Of a stretch of 64,000 nucleotides of DNA, positions 52,779-64,000 are shown one piece after another. The translations under genes were made by a program, and so were the position numbers. The DNA lies in contig OZ176052.1 in NCBI GenBank assembly GCA_964247055.1, positions 1,550,001 to 1,614,000 of the forward strand, given 5' to 3'. Position 1 is the stretch's first letter. Every line of letters starts with the position of its first letter. Below the pieces are notes generated by a model that saw only the letters and a list, made by a program, of their open reading frames with translations, ran no database searches and was not told the DNA's origin. This stretch comes from Paragordius varius. Lineage: Eukaryota > Animalia > Nematomorpha.

Positions 52779-54354
52779 TGGATTTTTCAAAAATCTCGCC
52801 TCAAAAACTCAATCACCTCCCTCAAAAATATGTTATTTCATAATTCATGCCTTTATAGATAATTTTATTTCAGTAGATGACAATTCTTTTAATCAATATC
52901 CAGTCACTGGTACCAGTATATTACATTTTTACCTTTATAGATAATTTTATTTCAAATCATGAAAAATCTTTAAATAAATCTCAATATTTAAGTACAGTAT
53001 ACACCGGTGGCAGTATATTTTATTTTTAATTTTATGGATAATTTTATTTCAGTAGATGACAATACTTTTAATCAATATCCAGTAAACACCGGTGCTAGTC
53101 CTGAAAGCCCAATATACCCCGACGAATCTATTTTAAGTAATATTGGCAAAAATATTATAATTATTATATATTTATAATTTATTATAGATGTAACGGGCTC
53201 CTGTGTGGTAGGTCAGCTTAGAGAATCTTACACAAATTGCGAAGATTTTTTCAAAGGGATTCTATCATACCTCAAAATGATTTTAAATATTTTACAAGAT
53301 AAATAAATACATGTTATAAACATATTAAATTAAATTAGCATTTATATAATAAATATGGTAATTCATAAATTATTTATAATAATATATCGTATGATTTCAT
53401 TCCTTCTATCGACTCTCCTGCCTGCCGACTACTAGATATTGGTCCCGTCTCATCTTCTGATGGGCTTACAAATTCGTTCTCTTCAATATGACCGATGGCT
53501 TTTAGGTACTTGCCTATGATATTAAAAATATTTGATATGGAGTATAGAAACTAAAATGAACATATTTCTTATCGATATATGTAAAAATGCTGTAAAATGC
53601 GCATATCAAATATAAAACATACCTATATTGAACAACAATACCCCACATTGTATCAAGTCGTCAGGCACCATTTCCATCTTGACACGGATCTTGTTGCCTT
53701 TTGTGTTATTTACATTGTCTTAAATTGATTTTTATGTTTCTTGAGTTTTTTATAAATTTATGTTGGCATCGAATTAAATTTTTTAGTGATTCAATCATAT
53801 TTTTCCGAGATTAGAAGCACTACCGATTCTATATTTTTAATAAAAATTTAATTTTCATTAAAAATATTCTAAACTTTTTCCCTTTTCAAGAACGTGCCAA
53901 TATGCCGCAATGGTATAATATTTAATATATTTTTAACTATCATTTCCACGTGCGATTTCGCATTCATTTTTATTAATCTGATTTGGTATATGCATCCTAA
54001 ATTTTTTTTATATTATTTATTCCTTATAATTACAAATCCATTTATTTATACATAAACTGGAATTTAACTACAATTTTTTATTTTAAACTTGATATTAAAG
54101 GTATAGACGTAACAAAAAATGTTATAAATTATATTATAGTTACATCCGTGCCTCAACTACCTACAATCAAAAAATATATAAAGAAACAGATCAAGTTTCT
54201 CAAAACACGATAGCTAACATGCATTAAGTTTTGGAATTACATTATTAAGTGGTACTGCTTCAGAAAGAAGTTTTACTTCTAGAAAAACATAAACTTTAAT
54301 AATTTAACATAGTATCAATTTATTTTATATTTATAATCAGTGAGAATTTAAAAT

Positions 54355-55210
54355 AAATTATATGCGTATATATTTACTATACTATCTCGTTTTTGTCGCC
54401 CTAAGATTCTTTCGTGTCTCAGAACACTATCACTATCCGCATTGTCTTCATCATTAATATTATCTAGAATCGATATCACATCATCTAAATCAAAATCATC
54501 CTTTAAAAATTTGCCATGTTATATAAAACGGTGCAGCTTACAATAATATTAAATGTGGTATCCAAACGGACTCGCATTTTATTATGCAATATTGGACTCC
54601 GGCGGAGTTTACTAAATAGTCTTTCAATAACTATTCTCTCTTTGGCATGGAATGTATTCAACTTCGTTTGTAAAAGGTTGTTAGGGTTTTTAAATGGTGT
54701 TATTTAATGTAAACAAAATCCATACCCACTGTCACCCAATAGTGCGGCATTAGTATTGGTAAAAGAAGGTACTATAACGGAAAATTCGGCTATTATGTAC
54801 GCTTCACGGCATTTTAACGTTTAAACTTGTTATGAATTTATCACCGTCACAGGTAAATTGACAATTAAGGTTGCATATACTTTTTAATTTATGTATTCTC
54901 CGAATTGCTTAGGCCTCATACTGTCAATGTGACAGTCGATGGCACCTATGACTGTTGGCATTATCTTATGATTCTTCTGCCAACGTTGTTTAGCGTCTGC
55001 TAGTTGGAACTGGTCACATGGAAATCGGATCCATTTATGAGCCATGTTGCAGATTTTTTCCGCCACTTAAGAAACTGTTTTAGTTACGGTGGATCGTTCT
55101 ACACCAAAATCATTAGTGACCCACTCTGAAACCCGCGGTCGCTAATATAACGGAAGAAAATCTCTAGACATAAATTGGGTGAAAGTGCGCCAACACTTTT
55201 TACATTAATA
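54355..55210 (-). pseudogene. Second, divergent Harbinger transposase remnant
   Basis: RYISDRGFQSG, KWIRFP, VIGAIDCHI, ALLGDSGYG, ERVIIERLF, VLYNMA and C-terminal LGRQKRDSIV segments, broken by frameshifts. Confidence 0.85.
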
Positions 55211-55604
55211 TCATTAGGGAAAATTTGTAAAAATTATAAAATCGGTGCTTTATTATTAAATCTTAACAAACCTTTTATATGTTGCAGTATTATTTGCGCT
55301 CCGATTTGTTTCTAAAATTGTTCATGTACATTTGCTCACTGTAATCAGATAACATACATGATAAGGATATTTTTTTAAATCTATCTTAAAGATTAAATAT
55401 GTATTTTCATAATAAATTAACCTTAACTTATAAAATTACAGGATTAACGATAAAATTGTTCTGGATGCGTCCTATTAAAGTAGATACGTTTTTAAACGTG
55501 CAACTATCTATATATTTATACAAATATTTTTGTATAAATTATGTATATTGTTTTTTTAGATATCACCTTATTCCGTGATTAATGAGTTAAATTCAGTATT
55601 TTGG

Positions 55605-57112
55605 GTGGGGTGATAAAAAAATTTTTTTGACTTGACTTGCAAGTTTTTCAAGTCAAGCTTGCTTTCATGTGATAAAAAAAAATTAACATTACACGACTTA
55701 AGTCAAGCAAGAAAACTTGATAAGGAGGTGATAAAAAATCATATGATCAAGTAAAACTTAAAGATTTTGCAAGTGTGGTGTTGGGCACACTTGACAGATT
55801 TAAAAATATGGATAAAATTATTTTGGAAACTATTTTTGTATAAAATTTAGGTTTTATATGTAATTCAAACCTTTGTTAATGCTATAAGTTGTTATTTTAT
55901 AAACTTTGGCTAATTAATTTATTCATTGGCTGGATATAAAAGAGGATAAATTTTTAGAAAAACTCTGCTAATATTTAATAACATGGCATATAAAAATATG
56001 CTAAATATATCAATTTCGTGACCGCAAAAAATTGGATTTTCGAAAATTTCTTAAAATTAATAATTAAATATTAATCTTGTAAAATTTTATATCTTCGTTT
56101 ATAAGCAAAACAACTATTAAACAATGTAAAGAATTTATTTCATCATAAATTTATTTCGAATGTAATGTTTATAATAAATTAAAAATAATTAAGTTATATT
56201 TTAACATCTCATTATATTTGCAACTGGACTCCAAACAAAATAAGTAGTGTGGTGAAATAATGGAAAGTATTTTAAGGGCGAATGATTTCATCAATCTAAA
56301 AATTATTACTAGGATAAAATTTAGAAAACTCTATATATTAAATAAGATACGTGCCAGTGAGTTTGAAAAACTTCAATAAATGCATATTGTATTAATTATT
56401 TATCTTTTTGTGCCTTATTTCATAAAATTTGGTTGAAAATGATCAAAAAAGTTTCCATAAAATTCGAATTAAGGTGGCAAAAAACTGTTACATTCATAAG
56501 CAAAAGACTTGACTTAAGTGTTTTTTATCACCGATCTTCAAGTGTACACTTACTGGCTTAAGTATTGCTCAACTTGCCACGCTTGGCTTACAAGTCAAGT
56601 GCGACTTTTTTTATCACCCGACCCTTTATATCGCCTCTCAAATATCCTAAACCTTTGGTTGATTTTTTAATCACAATTTTGTGAGACTGGTATTGCTTAA
56701 AATATATAATTAAGATATATGCCAATATTATATATGGATAACTGTATAATGTTGAACTTATAGTAAAATATAACAGTTTTTGAAGGGCGAATTTCATCGT
56801 CTATAAAACTATAGGTACCGGGTTGAATATTTATAAAAATCTTAATATTTATAATCTTAACATATGTGTTGAGTTTTACTTCAATAAATGCATATTGTAT
56901 TGGGTGTTTATTTTTTTGTTACCTTAATCATTAAATTTTCGTTGTAAATTAAGTATGGTGTTAAAAAAGGTTACATTCATAAGCAAAAGACTTGATTTAA
57001 GTGTTTTTTTATCACCGATCTTCAAGTGTATACTTGCAGGCTTAAGTAAACTTGCTTATCTTTCCAGGCTTGGCTTAAGTCAAGTGCGACTTATTTTAAC
57101 CACCCCACCCTA
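55605..57112. mobile_element. Non-autonomous TIR element, probably Harbinger-related, with a duplicated right end
   Basis: Left end GGGTGGGGTGATAAAAAA; right ends TTTATCACCCGACCC (~56623) and TTTTAACCACCCCACCC (~57110); GACTTGACTT/AAGTCAAG subterminal motifs; ~56260-56625 repeated as ~56770-57112. Confidence 0.6.
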
Positions 57113-57959
57113 TATCCTCAATCACCAATCGCTTTTATGTGCTTCTAATAGATGTATAATAATGTTCTACAAATGCGGTGTTTAAGAAAGTTGCTTGTAA
57201 TGATTAAAGACAATATTATACCGAATTAACCTTAATCCATTCGGCTCATTCCCAAAGAGGAAGCTTTCTGATTTCAATATCACTAGAGCCAAAAGGGTTT
57301 TAGCTGTTGCCGGAAGTTAAAGGTTTTAGGAAACTGGGTTGATTATAGGCTTTAACAACAAATATGACTCAAAGCGGCCATTATTTACAATGAATTACAT
57401 AATTCTATTTAAAATTTAGGCAAATAGATAGTTAGCTGTTAAGTGCCTTTGGTTTTTTTAATTTATTTTTTATGATATCAGGAATCTAAAAACACATATT
57501 AAAAGGTCTTAATTATTGATGTAACTTATATTGAGTAAAAAATTAATTCAATATCTGATTCTACTATACAAATTAACACCAACAAATTAAAATATTAATT
57601 ACGAAAAATTTTTTGGCCAAGAAAGTAATTTTTGGAGTACAATTGACGCTATCCAGAGATTTTGCATCTGAAACAATCAATTACTGATATTGAAATTTTT
57701 TATCATTTTATTTGTTCATTATTGCACTTATTAAAATAAAGACGACCGCTTTAACATAAACGCTTAAACTCAATCTTTATGACGATGCCTAATCAATATA
57801 GTTTTTTATAAAAAAAATAAACTTTACACTCAGTTTCAAACGTTTAAAGTCATTCGATAATTTATTAATGGGCATTCAAAACTGATTTTACAATAAATGT
57901 AATTATAAAAAATCATAACAATTTATTTACATAACAAAATCATTAACTAATATATATAA

Positions 57960-59890
57960 CAAAACATTCTTATATAATAAAATGGTGGGTAAAAGCATTA
58001 TGTTTAAGGTGTGGGTAATGTAAGTTGTGGTAAAAATAATTGAGGAATGTGAGCAGTTGATGTGGATATAAGGTAAGGTATGATGATAAATGTTAGGAGA
58101 CATTGTATAGAGATGTAGTGTAGGGGAATATAATTGAATAAAATAATATGATATAAAAAGCATCATTCAAAAAGTAAGATCTTTTTAATGAGTTTAGGGT
58201 TATATGTTTGTTGAGGTATGATGTAAAATGTTAGGTGATTTGGTAGTATGGATAGGATCAAATGTAATGTAAGGGAATATGGGTAAAAATTTAAAAAAAT
58301 GCAAAAAATATATTTATATATATTTAATAAAATTTATCTAAAATGAATAGAGATTTGATGTGTTTCAGAATGTTAATGTAAAGTGAGGTGTGATAATAAA
58401 TGTTAGGGGATATCGTATGGATAGGGATTTAATGTAAATTAAGTGAATAAAATTTAAATAAAACAATATATTTATAAATATAAAAAAAATATCCAAAAGG
58501 AATGAGGTTTGTTTGAGGATGTTTTGTTAGGTGAAATGTAATGTTAAATGGTAGGTAATTTTGTAGGAAGCGAGTTTGGAGATGAGTTGATGTAAAGTAA
58601 GAGAATATGGGAATATCAATTAATAAAATAAAAAAATATTAAATATAGATAATTTTTCAAAAAAGTATATAGAATAGGTGACTTTAGGTGTGATGAGGTA
58701 AAATAGTGGGTAATTTTGTATAGGGATGTAATGTAAAGGATTGAATTTAGTGATATAATTTAATAAAATAAAAAATATATTAATATATAATTAAAAACAT
58801 TCAATAATGAAATTTAATGGTCAAGAGGATGTATAAGTAGGGTGAAATGTCGTGAGATGTTAAATGGTAGGTGATTTTGTAAGGATAGAGAATGGAAGAT
58901 ATGTATTGATGTAATGTATGGGGAGAATATAGGAATATAATTTTAAATAAAGTAAAAAATAATTATAGTCAAAATAAATTGGAGACAAGTGATTTGATAT
59001 GTGGGTGAGTTATGTAAGGTAAGGTGTGAGGGAATTCCGTAAGATGTGTTGATGTAATATAAGGTAATGTGGGAATAAAATTTAAATAAAATAAATTAAT
59101 CAATATAAGTATAAAATATAGAATCCAAAAAAGTATAGAAGATATGTGATGATGTGTAAATGAGTAAGATGTAAGGTTAGGTGTGGAAGAATGGTAAGGT
59201 AATTTCATAAGGTTGAATTGAGTATAAAAAGTATCCAAAAAATTAAAAATATGTGATGAATGGTGAGTTTGAAGGTGTTTATGTAATGTAGAGATATGTT
59301 ATGATGTAATATGTAAGGTAAGATGAGGTGGGATGGTGGAAAGAGATGTATGTTGATGCAATGTAAGGGAATATAAATCAAATAGTATAGAAAATAAAAG
59401 GTATCCAAAAAATAAAAAAATATGTGATGAATGGTGAGTTTGAACATGTATAAGTAATGTAGTGGGATGTGATGATAAATGTTAAGTGATTTTGTAAGGA
59501 TGGAGAATGGAGATGTTTAGATATAAATTAAGGGAATATAATTTAAATAAAATAAAAGTAACGTGTCCAAAAAATAATGATGTATGTAAGGTGGGTATAG
59601 TATGATAAAATAAATCTTGGGTGATTTTGTAAGGATAGAGAATGGAAGATATGTATGTTGATGTAATGTAAGGATGCGTAAAATATAAAAAAGTATGATG
59701 TCCAAAATGTAAATAGGACATGTGATGTGTGTGGGTGTGTATGTGTAAGGTGAGTTGAGTTGAGGTTTGATGTAAAGGAATGTATTTCGTAGAATAAGGA
59801 GAAAAAAAAATATGAATATATGGAATGTAAAAATAGAATATATTATATATATAAATGGATAATATAAATATATATAGTGTAAGTTTGATA
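57960..59890. repeat. Degenerate C-poor tandem array, roughly 150-170-bp period
   Basis: Recurrent AAATG.TAGGTGATTTTGTAAGGATAGAGAATGG..GATGTAATGTAAGG motif at ~58228, 58398, 58547, 58700, 58862, 59478, 59612; the plus strand is nearly devoid of C. Confidence 0.75.
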
Positions 59891-60001
59891 GATTTGGATT
59901 CATTGGACACACTCCAACCAATGTCATACACGGGTTTCCAAATAAAAGACCCCTAAACAAAAAAAATAAGTTCGATTATATTGTCAAAAAGTTTTTTTTA
60001 T

Positions 60002-62322
60002 TTAAAACTTACTGTATGTTTCTCGAATAACACAATCAGTCAACACAGGTTCATAATCGCATGTACAACCCTTGCATTCCAACAAAGCTATTCCTGGTAA
60101 ACCTGAGTCTGGAGACGGTTCCTCGCAAGGTGAAGGGGTCGATGTAAAATACTGAGGTTCGTCATTAAATCTTACTGTTTTTTTCGGAACAGTTTTTTCT
60201 ACATTTAATTAAATAAATTTTGTAGCAATATTGATAATAATGATTGCTTTTTGCATTGATCTCGATGTAAAAATGTTTGGAAATATTTATTTTACCGATT
60301 GATTCAGGCGAAGTACAATCTTCATCGAATGAATTATCACTTTCTATCGCATTTATTTCTGCCCAACTAGGTTCAGGATAAAACAGTTCCCCCACAGGGG
60401 AAATTGGAGTCCAACGGAAATATTGAACGTCTTCATTGAAAACCACTCTTTTTGGGATATTTGGTTCTAATAAAATATATACGTAATTTGATGTTGGTAC
60501 TAAAATTAATGGGCTCAAATAGTATCTATCTATTTTACATTTATTGTCACTATATTTACCAGAAATTTGTTTTATTTAAAAAAAATAAATACCATTATTG
60601 AATCCGTTTCGGCCCTTAATGTTGGATTTCTTTTGAATCGCATCAGGCTTACCAGTCGGACAAACAACTAATTTATGCATAGAAAAATTGGTTTTGTAAT
60701 CAAAATTACCACATCAAATCATTTTAAAAAATTTCCGAACTATATAGCTAAATATTGATCTTCAAGCCGAGAGTAACAATACTTTTAATTTGGTTAATGA
60801 TAGTGATATAATATACACATAAATATTGAAACAAAACGTTACTTTTACTAAAAATTATCACTATTTAAAAAGTTAAGTTATTGTTTGCCTACTCTTGCCC
60901 TTGAAAATGCTAAATGCAAATTCAACTTATTTCATATCAATTTGTAATATTATTCTTTGTACTTTTTAATTCTTGTAACTAAAATACTAATTTACTTACC
61001 AATCAAAGCGTCCTTCTCTTCCGTCTTTTCAAAACAAGGGAGTACACGATGCCACCACTTCTTCAAATCTATTAATAATTAAATTTTATTTAAAAAACTT
61101 TCCAAATGACAAGATGCTGTCTTAATACCCTTTTAAAATGGAAAATCAGTTACAGTAGCGTATGAAGTTATTATTAACCTTAAGACTAGTTAGTGCCATT
61201 AGAAAAGTTTCTCTTCTTAAACACAATAAATTTAAATCAATTATATATGTTGATTTTACTCACCGCTAAAAAATAAAATAACTAACTAATACATACAATT
61301 TGTCTAAAGGATTTTATTTAAAAACACCATCATATCCGTTAAATTTGATAAATTTTGTATTTTAAACTATGGAATATCTTATAAAAATTTGCAGTTTAAA
61401 ACATAATAACCTTGTCCAATAACTCTTCTTTCTTTATAATCGTTCTTTCGAATCCAATTAGCAAAAATATTTTTCATTAATGTGCGATGTTGATATAAAT
61501 TAAAATTTTTAATAAAAGTATAACCTATTTGATTGTTGCATTCTAAAATGTTTTACCATTAACCTAGTCCTTATAGTAATTAGCAGTAAAATATATTATG
61601 TTTTTTTAATAAACAGTTGAAAATTGGTATGCAGTTTTTTAGGAATAATTTCTAAATCATATATATAAATTTATTGACAAAGTTAATCACAATTCAATAC
61701 TTTAGTGATAAATCAATTTTAAAATATAAATTTTAGGTTTTGAAGGAATAAATAATTATTTCGTTCTCCCGTTTTTGCCTAGCAATTACTTTTTTAGACA
61801 ATGTTAAATAGTTTAACTAGTTATCATGTAATATCTCTAAGCTAAGATGTGTAAACAGCCATTTTGGGTTTATTATATCGTTTGTAGGGAAAAATTTAAG
61901 CAAGTAAAATGTTTCGTTTTTTTGCATAAATGAATCTAAAGATTCGTAATACGAATTATGCCATATGAGTTAATGAAAGTTGCCAGTTTTTTGTTGTCAG
62001 ACGAAACAGCAAAAAGCTTTATTATTGATTAATAGCTGTGAAAAGCGAATCACATTACCCAAATAATATTTCTTTACTATCGAAATATATGTTATTTGGC
62101 AATTAAGAAAAACTAGCAATGCATCTTTTACTCAAACTGTATACATCAAGGCTTTTTACTGTATTACGTTAAAAAATGATTAAATAGGTATATTACATAA
62201 CTATAATTTCAATCGTCAAATTAGAATAACTCTTTCTTTAGCTTTAAAATAACAAAAAATTTAAAACCTTTCCCGTTCGCTTTTCTTTCGCCATTTCTCT
62301 TCTTTCTAATCCAGAAAGTCAT
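60002..62322 (-). CDS. Small unidentified protein with KRVVF (RVxF-type) motif and two candidate first exons
   Basis: First exon 62322-62268 or 61477-61411 (both phase 1), then 61068-61000, 60667-60593, 60466-60296, 60174 onward; all GT-AG and phase-consistent. Stop at 60088-60090, or 60002-60004 if a 1-nt deletion is assumed. Confidence 0.65.
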
Positions 62323-63099
62323 GATGAAAGTAAATAGTAATATTAGAGATAGTAAAATAAATTTAGAATATGTAAGTTGAAAATGAATCATATAATATGA
62401 TTGTTGCTTAAATCTTATTCAATTATATTATTGATAATAATTTCATATATATAGGTTATGATATAGGAATATATTTAGTTAGATGGTTAATTTTTTTTAT
62501 AGAGTGTCCATAAAAAATGTCAAATTTCAAAATAATACATGATGAGCAACAACCTTTTTTTAAATAAAAAAAAATTGTAATTCGAATCGACAGAGATTTC
62601 TTTTACTCATAAATTGTGTTAGGTTAAGACTTAGTCTTAGCAAAATAATAGATCAGACAAGACACTAAAACCATTTAAAAAGATTTATTGGAGGCGTATA
62701 ATTGACACATGGTGGGTTTTAGCCATGGGATTGAAAACTAAAAATTTTTGCCTTTATATCGGAATAAATAAAATAATTTTTAATCCATATGGTCTTCCAG
62801 GAAGAAGCGTAAAAATTTGCCTTTAAAACATTTTTGTATCCATATAGTGTTATAGCTTATATAGCTTTAGCTTTATAGACCGTTATTTTCATATGGTGGC
62901 CTATTCGATATAGGGTGGGACTCCAACCAGAGCATAATGCTAAAAAGGCGCTGTGCTTAAAATTTTAGCTTCATATAAAGAATATCTAAAAACCGTAATC
63001 TATTAACCTGTGCAAAATTGCTTGGTATTTATATTAAGACTTTATTATATTGAAAAAAATGTTATTTTATGGAGCGGAATAAAAATACATAAAAGTGGG

Positions 63100-63480
63100 C
63101 CGATTATAGACACATTAATAAAAAGTTATAAAATAAATATTGATTGCACGTTTTTCAGAATATTGTCTAAAAGACATGATTTTTGGAGACTTTATTTTTA
63201 AAAAATGCCTTTTTTCAGACTGTGTGGGCTTGATATAAAACGTGGCCTGATTACAGTCTAATTATAAATAAAAAAATAAAAATTTTCCAAGATATGGGCT
63301 TACACGTGTTCCGGAAAATTGTCTCAAAGACATTATTTTCATAGACCTATCTTTTTCAACCTTATTTTCACAAGTGTAAGGCTTAATGCATGGTCCATTC
63401 AAAAAAGTTGATCGACTATAATCGGCGATTTAAAATGAAGTAATCTTCTATTTTACAGGGTTTACGTGTTTTCCAGAAAA
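63100..63480 (+). repeat. Highly degenerate relative of the Helentron/DINE-like core
   Basis: ACACGTGTTCCGGAAAATTGTCTCAAAGACA at ~63302 matches the core at ~15912 and ~17025. Confidence 0.5.
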
Positions 63481-64000
63481 TGTATAGCCAACATCCTATA
63501 TTCTTCGCGCCTAAAAAGCAGTTGACCCAATATCATGGCTATTTTTTGAGATATTTAATAAAAATGGCTAAGAGGGGAAAGCTATATCAAAAGTTATTAA
63601 AGTACCAAATTTGGTCCAAAAAGAAATTCACCATAAAATCCTGATGATTTTCTAAGACAATATAATTTATTATGTCATTTTTATGTCAATAGCAACTTTA
63701 TTCGCTTTTAGGCATTTTGTTCTATAATTTAAACTATCGGCTGGGTATATCAAAAAATATAACAATATAAGTCACGCTTGAAAAAAATATTATGATTACT
63801 ATTAGATTTTAACATCATCATAACATTTATCACTGCTTAAAATATTTATATTATAAATAGATTTTCGTGTAATCTTTACCTAAAATGTTTGATATATCAT
63901 TCAAAAATTTTCATATCTCCAGTTTTTTAACTTTTATAGCAGTGGTACTGGCACAGGCCCCGTACCGAATGTAACTCTGAAAATGCTTTTTATGGCCATA

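Larger units (their letters stand above)
47750..53700. mobile_element. Rearranged PIF/Harbinger transposon locus with two large inverted duplications
   Basis: Harbinger nuclease and Myb/SANT remnants; IR1 arms ~48011-49487 / ~49533-51177; IR2 arms ~51575-52338 / ~52903-53699. True outer TIRs not identified. Confidence 0.85.

Noticed and set aside
52331-52944. Plus-strand ORFs 52331-52636 and 52750-52944
   Set aside because: Antisense shadows of the Myb/SANT remnant and the flanking repeats.
57220-57345. GC-richer island that might be a structured ncRNA
   Set aside because: No tRNA, snRNA or snoRNA box pattern could be supported by eye; an Infernal/Rfam search would be needed.
57927-59960. 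Several H/Y/I/L/T-rich minus-strand ORFs
   Set aside because: A by-product of compositional skew in the tandem array; overlapping frames without motifs.

Overview
AT-rich, intron-containing eukaryotic (probably invertebrate animal) genomic DNA, not prokaryotic. I could splice five host genes by hand: a 15-exon glycyl-tRNA synthetase (+, 27160-39715; 5' end unresolved); two tandem six-exon paralogs of a secreted trypsin-fold protein lacking all three catalytic residues (-, 7942-13532 with a nonsense codon; -, 18857-22795 intact); an unidentified low-complexity multi-exon gene converging on GlyRS (-, 40314-46068); and a small gene with an RVxF-type motif and two look-alike first exons (-, ~60002-62322). 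The rest is largely DNA-transposon material: a hAT element with an internal inverted copy of its own transposase, a PIF/Harbinger locus folded into two large inverted repeats, a second Harbinger remnant, Helentron/DINE-like elements with internal tandem arrays, and many MITEs. The best leads are the pseudoprotease pair under purifying selection, a U12 AT-AC intron plus a ~70-aa insertion and duplicated pseudo-exons in GlyRS, and the fold-back transposons as possible dsRNA sources. All calls come from reading the sequence; no database search or alignment program was run.
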